DNA of 64,000 nt. Origin: Candidatus Falkowbacteria bacterium RIFOXYD12_FULL_34_57 (GTDB lineage: Bacteria; Patescibacteriota; Patescibacteriia; Patescibacteriales; UBA12075). Below are positions 24,467 to 33,590 of the stretch, piece after piece. The translations under genes and the position numbers were made by a program. The DNA lies in contig MFGN01000007.1 in NCBI GenBank assembly GCA_001780285.1, positions 7,346 through 71,345 of the forward strand, written 5' to 3'. The number at the start of each line of letters is the position of its first letter. Within the stretch, counting starts at the first letter, position 1. The notes beneath the pieces are model-generated. The model did no database searches. It was given only the letters and a program-made list of their open reading frames with translations, and was not told the origin of the DNA.

Positions 24467-26158
24467 ATGAAAATTTCCAATTTAAAATTAAAGAGTATTT
24501 TAGTGGATCCGGGGCATATATCAGAAAAAGATTTTAATCAGGCCATGAATCTTTCCAATGAAAAGAATATTTCAATTGAAGATATTTTATTGGATCGCGG
24601 TTTGATTAATGATGGACAATTGGGGCACATTATTGCCGAGTTTATCGGCGTGCCTTATGTTAATTTAAGAAAAGAAAAAATTGACGACATGGTTTTAAAT
24701 CTTATTCCAGAGATAATTGCCAAGTCCAAAAAAATTATTATTTTTTATGAAGATGAAAATGAAATTAAGGTAGGAATGATGGATCCGCAAGATTTAGAAA
24801 TTATTCATATTTTAGAAAAAAAATTTAATCGTCAAATTATTCCGTATTATATCACCAAAAATGATTTTTTAGAAAATTTATCAAGGTATAATGTGGGTAT
24901 TGATGAGGAAGCATCTTCGGTGCTTGCTAAATTGCAGGACAATAATTTGGATATGGATGAAAAAAATAAAGCTAATGTTAGAATGGTTGAATTATTATTA
25001 GAGCATGGACATTATAGCAAGGCGTCCGATATTCACATTGAGCCGTATAAAAAAATAGTGATTGTGCGTTTTAGAATAGACGGGGTTTTGCATGATGTAT
25101 TGGAAATTCCTAAAAATTTGCTTTCATTAATAATTTCCAGAATAAAAATACTTTCCAAAATGCGGATAGACGAGCATTTTGCCGCTCAAGACGGGAAGTT
25201 TCAATTTAAGGTGAAAAATGATCAGATTGATGTGAGAGTTTCTATTGTTCCGATTACGGAAGGTGAGAATGTAGTAATGAGGCTTCTTTCAACTAAGAGT
25301 AGAAAGATGGACTTGGACAGCTTGGGGCTGGATAGCGCCGATCTTGATAAAATTAAAAAGGCTATTAAGAGTCCTCATGGCATGATTCTGGTTACTGGGC
25401 CAACAGGATCCGGTAAGACGACTACTATTTATGAATTTTTAAAGATTTTAAATACCAAAGAAATCCATATCGCCACCATTGAAGATCCGGTAGAATATGA
25501 TATTGAGGGAATAAGTCAGATACAAGTTAACAAAAAAACAAACCTAACATTTGCTAATGGGCTTCGGGCGATAGTTAGGCAGGATCCGGATATTATCATG
25601 ATTGGAGAGATAAGAGATCATGAAACAGCAGATATTGCTGTTAATTCTGGTCTCACTGGTCATTTGGTACTTTCAACACTGCATGCTAATGATGCGGCAA
25701 CAACCTTGCCCAGATTATTGGATATGGGAATAGAGCCCTATTTAATAGCGTCTACGGTTAGGGTGGTGATAGCACAAAGATTATTGAGAAAGATTTGTGA
25801 AAAATGTCGGACATCCTATGAGCTTCCTGAAAATGAAATGATTATTGTAAGAAATAATAAAAAATTAAAAGAAATATTTAATATAAAAGAAGGGGAAGAT
25901 AAAAAAATAACTTTATATAAGGGGTCTGGTTGCAAGGTTTGTGCCCATACCGGATACAGCGGAAGAATCGGCATCTTTGAGGTTTTAGAGAATCGTGAGA
26001 ACATAAAAGAACTCATTATAAAAAGAGCTAGTAGCAGTGAAATTTCAAAGATGGCGCGTGCAAATGGGATGACCACCATGTTTGAAGATGGAATTCAAAA
26101 AGTTATTCAGGGCATTACTACCCTAGAAGAGGTTTTGCGGGTAGCGGAGATAGTATAG
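24467..26158 (+). CDS. pilB: Type IV pilus assembly ATPase PilB (GspE family)
   Basis: Walker A GPTGSGKTTT, Asp/His boxes, and a tetracysteine motif (CEKC...CKVC). Confidence 0.9.
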   Translation: MKISNLKLKSILVDPGHISEKDFNQAMNLSNEKNISIEDILLDRGLINDGQLGHIIAEFIGVPYVNLRKEKIDDMVLNLIPEIIAKSKKIIIFYEDENEIKVGMMDPQDLEIIHILEKKFNRQIIPYYITKNDFLENLSRYNVGIDEEASSVLAKLQDNNLDMDEKNKANVRMVELLLEHGHYSKASDIHIEPYKKIVIVRFRIDGVLHDVLEIPKNLLSLIISRIKILSKMRIDEHFAAQDGKFQFKVKNDQIDVRVSIVPITEGENVVMRLLSTKSRKMDLDSLGLDSADLDKIKKAIKSPHGMILVTGPTGSGKTTTIYEFLKILNTKEIHIATIEDPVEYDIEGISQIQVNKKTNLTFANGLRAIVRQDPDIIMIGEIRDHETADIAVNSGLTGHLVLSTLHANDAATTLPRLLDMGIEPYLIASTVRVVIAQRLLRKICEKCRTSYELPENEMIIVRNNKKLKEIFNIKEGEDKKITLYKGSGCKVCAHTGYSGRIGIFEVLENRENIKELIIKRASSSEISKMARANGMTTMFEDGIQKVIQGITTLEEVLRVAEIV

Positions 26159-26202
26159 TTTTATTTTTGAGAAATAATTTAAAAAAGGGAAAAAACAATA
26201 TT

Positions 26203-27285
26203 ATGGAGGAGAATAAAAAACAAAGAAATTTTTTAAATATATCTTTTGGCGGAGTAAATTTAAAAAGCAAAATACTTTTTGCCGACAATTTAGCCACCAT
26301 GTTGAAATCTGGTATGACCTTAACAGAATCTTTGATGATTATTGAGGATCAGGTGGCTGGGCGCATGAAAAAAATAGTGGGTTCAATTTTTAGGGCAGTA
26401 TCTTCCGGCAATTCTTTTTCTGAATCCTTAGATGTTTTCCCTAAAGTATTTTCTTCCTTTTTTATAAATACAGTAATGGTGGGAGAATCATCTGGTAATT
26501 TGGATAGTAATTTAAGAAATATTGCAGATGAATTAAAAAGAGAGAAAGATTTTTCTGAAAAGGTTCGCGGAGCAATGCTTTACCCCTTGATTATATTAAT
26601 CCTCAGTTTTGTATTGGGAGCAATTTTAGCATTTTTTGTGTTGCCGAAAATTATACCTATTTTTGCGGGGCTGAATGTTGATTTGCCGGCAAGCACCAGA
26701 TTTTTAATTTGGCTTTCAGGCTTGATTGAAAATTATGGAGCATGGATTTTTTTAGGCGCGTTTTTTATAATTATTTTTTTTATATGGCTTTTTAAACAAA
26801 AATTTTTTTATCCTATATCCCACTTTGTTTTTTTGCATTTTCCCATTATGGGAAATCTTACTCATAAAAAAAATATTGCCCAGTGCGCCCGTATCCTGGG
26901 TACTCTTTTGAAAAGCGGATTAACAATTGATAAATCGCTTTTTATCGCCGGAAAAACACTTAATAATTTTTATTATCAAAAAAGTTTGTTTAAAATTGCC
27001 GAAAATATCAGGGGTGGCGGAAGTTTGTATGAAAATTTGAAAAAAGAAAAAAAATATTTCCCCAAAATGTTTATTAGTATTGTTCAGGTGGGAGAAAGAT
27101 CGGGAAAACTGGAAGAAGAGCTTCTAAATTTAGAGAAATTTTACGAAGCCGAAGTAGAAGAGATAACTAAAAAACTAACCGTTATTATTGAGCCTGCTTT
27201 GTTGATAATCATTGGCGCCGTGGTCGCCTGGCTGGCACTGTCAATTATTACGCCGATTTACAAGGTTACTGGAAGACTTCATTAA
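26203..27285 (+). CDS. pilC: Type IV pilus platform protein PilC (GspF family)
   Basis: Duplicated GspF architecture with three TM helices (LATMLKSGMTL...; ...LGTLLKSGLTI...). ATG at 26203 preferred over the listed TTG at 26167. Confidence 0.85.
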   Translation: MEENKKQRNFLNISFGGVNLKSKILFADNLATMLKSGMTLTESLMIIEDQVAGRMKKIVGSIFRAVSSGNSFSESLDVFPKVFSSFFINTVMVGESSGNLDSNLRNIADELKREKDFSEKVRGAMLYPLIILILSFVLGAILAFFVLPKIIPIFAGLNVDLPASTRFLIWLSGLIENYGAWIFLGAFFIIIFFIWLFKQKFFYPISHFVFLHFPIMGNLTHKKNIAQCARILGTLLKSGLTIDKSLFIAGKTLNNFYYQKSLFKIAENIRGGGSLYENLKKEKKYFPKMFISIVQVGERSGKLEEELLNLEKFYEAEVEEITKKLTVIIEPALLIIIGAVVAWLALSIITPIYKVTGRLH

Positions 27286-27321
27286 TTAATCCCAGGGAGT
27301 ATAATTAAAGGCTATTGTAAT

Positions 27322-27828
27322 ATGTTTTTTGCGAAATTAATAAGAATAATTAACCCGGAACATGTCCCAAGTAAACAAAGTAATTTCTTGGGATTTTCAA
27401 TAATAGAGGTATTAATTGTCGTTGCTATTTTTATTATCTTATCAGCTATTTCTTTGCCCTTTTACAACAATTTAAATATAGAGTTATTGGTTGATAAAAC
27501 CAGAACTGATATTGTTCAAACATTGCGCTTAATTAAAATTAAAAGTGAATCCCGGGTTAATAATTCTGCACATGGAGTTTATTTTGATGCAAATACCATG
27601 ACACTTTATCAGGGAAGCTCATATGAACAAAGAAACAATGATTACGATCAAGAGTTTTTAATAGATGATGTTTTGTTGGTGAATTACAACCTGTCTTCAA
27701 GTGATATTAATTTTTCTAAAGGACTTGGATTGCCGTCTGCTACAGGAACGATTCAAATTTTAAGTGATTTAATAGATGCCGCTACAACCATAAGTATAAA
27801 TAATTTAGGTGTTATTGATTTTGATTAA
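27322..27828 (+). CDS. Pseudopilin / minor pilin (GspH/FimT-like)
   Basis: Prepilin-type N-terminus ...FLG/FSIIEVLIVVAIFIILSAI. Confidence 0.6.
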   Translation: MFFAKLIRIINPEHVPSKQSNFLGFSIIEVLIVVAIFIILSAISLPFYNNLNIELLVDKTRTDIVQTLRLIKIKSESRVNNSAHGVYFDANTMTLYQGSSYEQRNNDYDQEFLIDDVLLVNYNLSSSDINFSKGLGLPSATGTIQILSDLIDAATTISINNLGVIDFD

Positions 27829-27837
27829 GCAAATAAG

Positions 27838-28797
27838 ATGTATAAAATATTTTTAAAGAATTCTGGACAATCAATTTTGGAACTAGTGATAGCGCTGGGT
27901 GTTTTTTTGATTATTATCACAGTTTTTACTGATTTTATTTATGGAAATTTTGTTTTACTGGAAAGAGGAAGTGATTATGTTCAAGCTGAGGCAATAGCCA
28001 AGGAGGAGATAGAGGCGATTAGGTCGATAAAAAAAATGACCTGGAATGAATTTTTATATAGCACTAGCAGCGTTTCAGTTTTAAATAATAGGTGGGTTTT
28101 AAATGGGGAAGGAGTAATCGGAAATGTTGGTAAGTTTTTTTATTCCTCATCTTTTTATCCTGTTTACAGAAATACCCAAAAAGATATCGTTGAAGAATTA
28201 GATGGAGAAGAGGATATTTTAACCAAAAGAATGAAAACATTTATAGAGTGGGAAACTTCAGATGGTGTTAGTGCTATCATTGAAAAAAATAGTTATATCA
28301 GCGCTTGGAATAGCAAAAAATGGTTGCAAACTAATTGGTCTGGCGGACCGGGGCAATCTATCTGGGGTGATGCGTCTAAATACGAAAGTGATGATGGCAA
28401 TATTGATATTGGCATTGGCGGGCAATTAAGGATTGTTGAGGTTGCCACTTCTACTTATGTTTCTTCTGGGTACGCAATATCCTCAGCCTTTAATACAGAA
28501 AACAATTCTTCGTTTGTGGCTATTTTTTGGACAGAAAATATTCCTTTGGGGTGTGATATAAAAATTCAGATAAAAACCGCTCCAGATGCAGGGGGTATAC
28601 CCGGTATTTGGTCGGCTACCTGGTCTGGTCCGGATGGGGAGGATGGCAATGAGACGGATTATTATACTGTTCAAAGTGGACAAATAATCAATGTTGACCA
28701 TAATAATGATCAATGGATTAAATATAAAGTTTTACTGACTAGCGATAGTATAAACACCCCAGTTTTAAGCGAAGTTAGTTTTTATTATCAGCAATAA
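27838..28797 (+). CDS. Large pseudopilin with a C-terminal globular domain
   Basis: N-terminus ...NSG/QSILELVIALGVFLIII. The C-terminal ~160 aa begin WLQTNWSGGPGQ and end ...TPVLSEVSFYY. Confidence 0.55.
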   Translation: MYKIFLKNSGQSILELVIALGVFLIIITVFTDFIYGNFVLLERGSDYVQAEAIAKEEIEAIRSIKKMTWNEFLYSTSSVSVLNNRWVLNGEGVIGNVGKFFYSSSFYPVYRNTQKDIVEELDGEEDILTKRMKTFIEWETSDGVSAIIEKNSYISAWNSKKWLQTNWSGGPGQSIWGDASKYESDDGNIDIGIGGQLRIVEVATSTYVSSGYAISSAFNTENNSSFVAIFWTENIPLGCDIKIQIKTAPDAGGIPGIWSATWSGPDGEDGNETDYYTVQSGQIINVDHNNDQWIKYKVLLTSDSINTPVLSEVSFYYQQ

Positions 28798-28943
28798 GTT
28801 TAGAAGGACATAAGATACAAATAGTTTGTATTTTAAAGATTTTTTATGTCTTGTATCCTTGCAATTTCCATCTTCGAAATTATTTATACTATATGTGTAT
28901 AACCAAAAAACAAAATAACGGATTAAAAATTTATTCAGGGAAT

Positions 28944-29426
28944 ATGGTATATTTAAATGGTTTCACTTTAGTGGAAGCTTTAATCTATACTGCAATTATT
29001 GCTATTGTTGCCTCTAGTTTTATTTCTTTTGGTATTTTAATTTTAGAATTGAGAAGTAAAAGTGTGGCTATAGGAGAAATTAATATCAATGCCCAGAGTG
29101 CCTTAAATATAATTTCTAGTAAAATAAAATTAGCAGAAAGTGTTGGTTTTCCAACCGTGGGAGCAACTAGCAGTATTCTAGTTTTGAATATGGTTGACGG
29201 CAGTACCACGACTATGGAAATTGTTGATAATATTTTAGTTATAAAAGAGGGGGGGGTACAAATAAATATTACCAATAACAATATTTTGATTTCAAATTTA
29301 GAGTTTGTGTATATATTTTCAGATGGAAACAGCGCATCTGTAAGAATTTATTTTAATATCGCCTATAATAGCGAAATGGAGAATTATCAAAAAAACATTC
29401 AAACTACTGTAAGTTTAAGAAGATAG
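28944..29426 (+). CDS. Pseudopilin / minor pilin
   Basis: MVYLNG/FTLVEALIYTAIIAIVASSF. I trimmed the start from the listed 28851. Confidence 0.6.
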   Translation: MVYLNGFTLVEALIYTAIIAIVASSFISFGILILELRSKSVAIGEININAQSALNIISSKIKLAESVGFPTVGATSSILVLNMVDGSTTTMEIVDNILVIKEGGVQINITNNNILISNLEFVYIFSDGNSASVRIYFNIAYNSEMENYQKNIQTTVSLRR

Positions 29427-29459
29427 ATTTTATCTCCAGTTTAAATTGTTTATAAAAAT

Positions 29460-29861
29460 ATGGTTTGTGTTTACAAGCAACAATCAGGAGTAGCCATGCT
29501 TTTAATAGTTGTAATTATTAGCGTGGTTTTATTGTTAACCATAAAAACAGTATCGTTCTTAGGTATTAGTAATGTGGAAATGGCGGGAATCTTTGACAAA
29601 GGCGACAATGTTTTGGTTTTTAGCGAGGGGTGTGTTGAAGAAGCTCTGCGCCGAATTCAAATAGATAATAGTTACACAGTTAGTAATTTTCCTTTGTCTA
29701 TTGGCTCGGAATCTTGTATAATAAGTGTAGAGGATAATATTGGTCAAAAAATTATTACTATAGTTGGAAATACCGATAATTATTATAAAAAAATCAGAGT
29801 AATTATTTCTATAGTTGGCGAAGAAATAGCGATTCAATCTTGGGAAGAATTAACAGAGTAG
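29460..29861 (+). CDS. Putative minor pilin (PilX-like, non-canonical N-terminus)
   Basis: QQSG/VAMLLIVVIISVVLLL hydrophobic N-helix. Position within the pilin gene run supports the call. Confidence 0.45.
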   Translation: MVCVYKQQSGVAMLLIVVIISVVLLLTIKTVSFLGISNVEMAGIFDKGDNVLVFSEGCVEEALRRIQIDNSYTVSNFPLSIGSESCIISVEDNIGQKIITIVGNTDNYYKKIRVIISIVGEEIAIQSWEELTE

Positions 29862-29886
29862 TTAAATTATTAATTGTTAATAAATC

Positions 29887-31017
29887 ATGTTTATTAAAAA
29901 ATCAGTGGGTTTGGATATATCTGATCACACCATAGAAGTTGCTGAGTTGAAAAAAAGTGGTAATAATATTAGATTATCTAATTTGGGGCGTGTTCAACTG
30001 GATAAGGGCGTTGTGGTAAATGGCCGCATAAGGAATAAAACAAAATTATCCGAAACTCTTAAAAATGTATTAAAAAGCACTCAGCCAAATGCCGTCAAAT
30101 CTGTTGATTTTGTTTTTGGTTTATCGGAAAGTTGTGTTTTTACGCATATTTTTAAAATAAAAAACACAAAAGAAGAAATGTTTGAGCAGGAAATTTTAAA
30201 AGAAATTAAAAACACCATCCCCATTGAAGCAAAAAGATTGCTTTATGATTACCGTATTTTTCAGCCCTATAATTACAATGTGTTCAACACATCTAATGCT
30301 GAGAAAAAAAAGGGCGATGAAGATATTTTTGTGCGCCTAGTGGCTGTAGAAAAAAATATAATTTTTGAATGGAATGATTTTTTTAAAGAGAATGGTCTAA
30401 ATATTGAGATATTTGACATTGAGAGTCTGGCTACTTTTAGGGGGATGTTTGATGATTTTCCTGAAAATCCTGTGTGTATCGTGGATATTGGCGCCAACAA
30501 AACTAAAATATCAATTTTTACATTATTTGGCCTGGAATATTCATTTTTATTAAGTATAGCGGGAAATGATTTTACTGATATTGTTTCTAAATATTTTAAA
30601 ATTGATTTTGAGAAAGCAGAAAAAATAAAGCAAGAGAAAGGTTTTGTTTATGAAAAAAAAGACAAAAAACTTGAAAATGAAATAAAGGAAAAATTTAAAG
30701 AAATAATCAATCAATTAAAGTTAAACATTGATTATTTTGAGGAAAAGAATAATCAGGCGGTAAAAAAGATAGTTTTTATCGGGGGAAGCAGTAAAATGAA
30801 CGGTTTGTTTGATTATTTAAATTTATTAGATTTGCAGCATGAGTTTCAATTAGGTTCTCATCAATATGAAAATGTAAACTTAGAGTATATTGAAGCAATT
30901 GGACTTAATTTTAGGAATTTGGAAAAAAGATGGAAAAAAACTGATCCATGCTTTATAATAAATAGTAAGAGTAATATAAAATTATTTGAAAAAGTAAAGT
31001 TATTTTTTAAACAATAA
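29887..31017 (+). CDS. pilM: Type IV pilus assembly protein PilM (actin-like ATPase fold)
   Basis: VGLDISDHTIEVAELKK..., CIVDIGANKTKISI, VFIGGSSKMNGL. Confidence 0.75.
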   Translation: MFIKKSVGLDISDHTIEVAELKKSGNNIRLSNLGRVQLDKGVVVNGRIRNKTKLSETLKNVLKSTQPNAVKSVDFVFGLSESCVFTHIFKIKNTKEEMFEQEILKEIKNTIPIEAKRLLYDYRIFQPYNYNVFNTSNAEKKKGDEDIFVRLVAVEKNIIFEWNDFFKENGLNIEIFDIESLATFRGMFDDFPENPVCIVDIGANKTKISIFTLFGLEYSFLLSIAGNDFTDIVSKYFKIDFEKAEKIKQEKGFVYEKKDKKLENEIKEKFKEIINQLKLNIDYFEEKNNQAVKKIVFIGGSSKMNGLFDYLNLLDLQHEFQLGSHQYENVNLEYIEAIGLNFRNLEKRWKKTDPCFIINSKSNIKLFEKVKLFFKQ

Positions 31018-31032
31018 TTTAAATAAAATTTT

Positions 31033-31539
31033 ATGAAAATAATTTGCAGAAAAAAAGGGTTTACCCTAATTGAACTTTTAATAGTAGTGGCTATTATTGC
31101 CATACTTGCCGCCCTGGCCTTTGTGGCCCTAAATCCATTAGAGCGTTTTCAGGATTCTTATAATGCCCAAAGATGGGCAGATGTGAATGCTATTATGCAG
31201 GCGATTAAGTTATATCAACTGGATAATAATGGGGTTTATATAAGCGATATTGATGATTTGACCGTCGGTTTATATTATCAAATCGGCAGCGGTGACAGTT
31301 GTAATGATACTTGTTCTAATCCAACAGTGGTTTTGCAAACCGAATGTTTGGACTTAGAAGGGTTGGTTGATGAGGGGTATTTGGCTAGCGTGCCAATTGA
31401 TCCAAATGATACTAATGCCGGAGGGGACGAAACTAGGTATTATTTTATGAAAGCTAGCACGGGAACAGTTACGGTAGGAGCTTGCAGCGAGCAGCTTGGT
31501 TCGGATGCAGTTATTCAAGCAATTTCTGTTTCTCGGTAA
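31033..31539 (+). CDS. Major type IV pilin candidate
   Basis: Canonical class III signal KKG/FTLIELLIVVAIIAILAALA. Cys pairs in the C-terminal half. Last gene of the pilus run. Confidence 0.8.
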   Translation: MKIICRKKGFTLIELLIVVAIIAILAALAFVALNPLERFQDSYNAQRWADVNAIMQAIKLYQLDNNGVYISDIDDLTVGLYYQIGSGDSCNDTCSNPTVVLQTECLDLEGLVDEGYLASVPIDPNDTNAGGDETRYYFMKASTGTVTVGACSEQLGSDAVIQAISVSR

Positions 31540-31558
31540 TTATTTTTTAAATTATATC

Positions 31559-31839
31559 AAAAAACACCGCTATTTACTATTCAAGTTTTGGATCAAATTT
31601 AAAATGGCTTTCCATGTCTTTGTTTTTCTTGGAAAACAAAGTAGGATAAAAAAGGAATAAAAGGTTTTCTAAAAATTTATTTTATCAGAGAATTCTTGAA
31701 AATAATTTTAATTCGTTTTTATTGACTGGATTATTCCACCTCTATTAAACATTGAATTAAGATTAAACTGAATAATTATTTTTTTTCAGTTCCTATTATG
31801 GGTTAGCCAATTCTTGAATAGTAAATAGCGGTGTTTTTT
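31559..31839. repeat. 281-bp element bounded by perfect 27-bp terminal inverted repeats (MITE-like, invertible segment, or split terminator)
   Basis: AAAAAACACCGCTATTTACTATTCAAG (31559-31585) is the exact reverse complement of 31813-31839. ATTATA occurs just outside both ends (31551-31556; 31842-31847). No ORF inside. Confidence 0.9.
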
Positions 31840-31949
31840 TTATTATAAATTTACAAATTTTAACGCAAATATACAATAATTTATTTAATTTTGTAAACAG
31901 AATATTTCTCAGGACCAATTGATAATTTGATTTGCGTGTTTATTTTTTT

Positions 31950-33332
31950 ATGTCTATACAAATTAAAATATTTATTTTTATTGTTCTAATACTTTCCCCC
32001 TTCATGGTTTTAGCGGAAGATCTATCTCAAAAATTATCAGGCTATATCCTGTTGCAGGTAGAGCAAAACGGAGAAGCTTGGTATGTTAGTCCTGAAGATA
32101 GAATGAGGTATTTTTTGGGTCGTCCCGCGGACGCTTTTGATTTAATGCGCCGACAGGGTTTGGGTATAACCAATGTTAATTTGGAAAAAATACCAATAGG
32201 AATTAGGGGTACAGAAGAAACAGATACAGACGGAGATGGTCTTGGTGATAGTTTTGAAGAGGCGATTGGCACCGATAAGTATAAAAAAGACTCCGATAGC
32301 GATGGTTTTGATGATTTACATGAAGTACAAAATGGTTATAATTTTTTAGGAGAAGGTGCGGCGCCGATAGACATGGAATTCAGCAAGAATGCAATCGGTA
32401 AAATTTTTTTGCAAGTAGAGAACAAGGGAGAGGCTTGGTATGTGAACCCCAGGGACAACAAGCGTTATTTTTTAGGACGCCCCGCAGATGCTTTTCAAAT
32501 TATGCGTGATTTGGGTCTTGGAATTTCTAATTTTGATTTGGATGAAATTTCTGCCGTTACCCCGTCGTTTTTATTATCAGACTTGGAAAAAGACATTTAT
32601 AGTTTAATTAATGAGGAAAGAAGAAAAAGAGGACTTCAATTCTTAAAGTGGAATAATGATTTAGCTGTTACTGCCCGAAGGCATTCCAACAATTTGTCTT
32701 TAGAAAATAGTAAATTTACCGGTTTTGGGGTTAGCTGTGATTATCCTCTAATTCATCATGAGGGTTTTTATGGAGGGATATATAACAGTGAAAGACTTGC
32801 CAGTGACGGAATCTATTATTTCAGCAAGACTGGTGAGAATATAGCCCTGCTTTCCGGAGTGGCCCATAAAATATCTTTTTGGGAAGGAAATGGAATAAAA
32901 GAAAAGATAGAAGAATGTCAGATTACCAGGAGCGCTTGGGATCAGGAGATTAAAGATGCTATCCATGAAACCGAAGACGAAGCTCAAAAAATAGAAATGT
33001 TGAAAAAGGAAATAGAAAAGAGAAAAAATGAATTTCAGAAAAGTGTTATGGTAAATATTGTTGAATCAGTTTGGTTGACAAGAGAATCTTTGGCAATGAA
33101 GACTGTGGATGGTTGGATGAATAGCGATGGACACCGTAAGAATATTCTGGAAGGAGATTTTGACGAAACGGGAATAGGGGTTTCTTATATTAATGGGTAT
33201 TTTATTTCTACGCAAATTTTTATAAAACGCGCTGATTGCGGATTTAAGAATGGAGTATGCTGCGAGAAAGAAGGGTATTATCCTTACTGTTATATTCCAC
33301 TGGAATGCAATCAAAAAGATATATGTTTATAA
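31950..33332 (+). CDS. Secreted CAP/SCP/PR-1 superfamily protein with a duplicated ~50-aa N-terminal module and TSP3-like Ca-binding repeats
   Basis: Signal peptide. Duplicated module at aa 37-88 and 156-206 (LLQVE..GEAWYV.P.D..RYFLGRPADAF..MR..GLGI.N). DTDGDGLGD / DSDSDGFDD repeats. CAP block (...NDLAVTARRHSNNL...GENIA...WMNSDGHRKNIL...TGIGV). Confidence 0.7.
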   Translation: MSIQIKIFIFIVLILSPFMVLAEDLSQKLSGYILLQVEQNGEAWYVSPEDRMRYFLGRPADAFDLMRRQGLGITNVNLEKIPIGIRGTEETDTDGDGLGDSFEEAIGTDKYKKDSDSDGFDDLHEVQNGYNFLGEGAAPIDMEFSKNAIGKIFLQVENKGEAWYVNPRDNKRYFLGRPADAFQIMRDLGLGISNFDLDEISAVTPSFLLSDLEKDIYSLINEERRKRGLQFLKWNNDLAVTARRHSNNLSLENSKFTGFGVSCDYPLIHHEGFYGGIYNSERLASDGIYYFSKTGENIALLSGVAHKISFWEGNGIKEKIEECQITRSAWDQEIKDAIHETEDEAQKIEMLKKEIEKRKNEFQKSVMVNIVESVWLTRESLAMKTVDGWMNSDGHRKNILEGDFDETGIGVSYINGYFISTQIFIKRADCGFKNGVCCEKEGYYPYCYIPLECNQKDICL

Positions 33333-33383
33333 CATGATTACGCACTTGCATTTTTTAAAGTTTAATTTTAAAAAATAAAAAAG

Positions 33384-33408
33384 CCCTGATATTTTATCAG
33401 GGTTTTTT
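33384..33408. terminator. Bidirectional Rho-independent terminator
   Basis: CCCTGAT / loop ATTTT / ATCAGGG (33384-33402), with an A-tract before and a T-tract after. Confidence 0.8.
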
Positions 33409-33410
33409 AA

Positions 33411-33590
33411 ATCGTATAGGAATTTTCCCCCTAACCCCATATCTGTTATATGGCTTCATCTTATGGGGGATCTCCCGAAGGGGGATTATTTTTTACTATT
33501 TGAAAAGATAAAAGTGACTAATATTAAACATTCTGTAATTCACCACGCCAAAGGCGGACTTCAAAAAGCCTTTCAGGCTTTTCTTGAATT
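33411..33590 (+). repeat. Copy A of a structured intergenic repeat (candidate ncRNA or 3'-UTR module)
   Basis: Aligns with 44866-45088. The first ~85 nt differ at 3 positions. The middle is ~65-70% identical by eye. The blocks TTCACCACGCC and AAAAAGCyTTTCAGGCTTTTCTTGAATT are conserved. Contains the terminator-like hairpin AUCUCCC-GAA-GGGGGAU plus U-tract (33470-33494). Confidence 0.9.
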
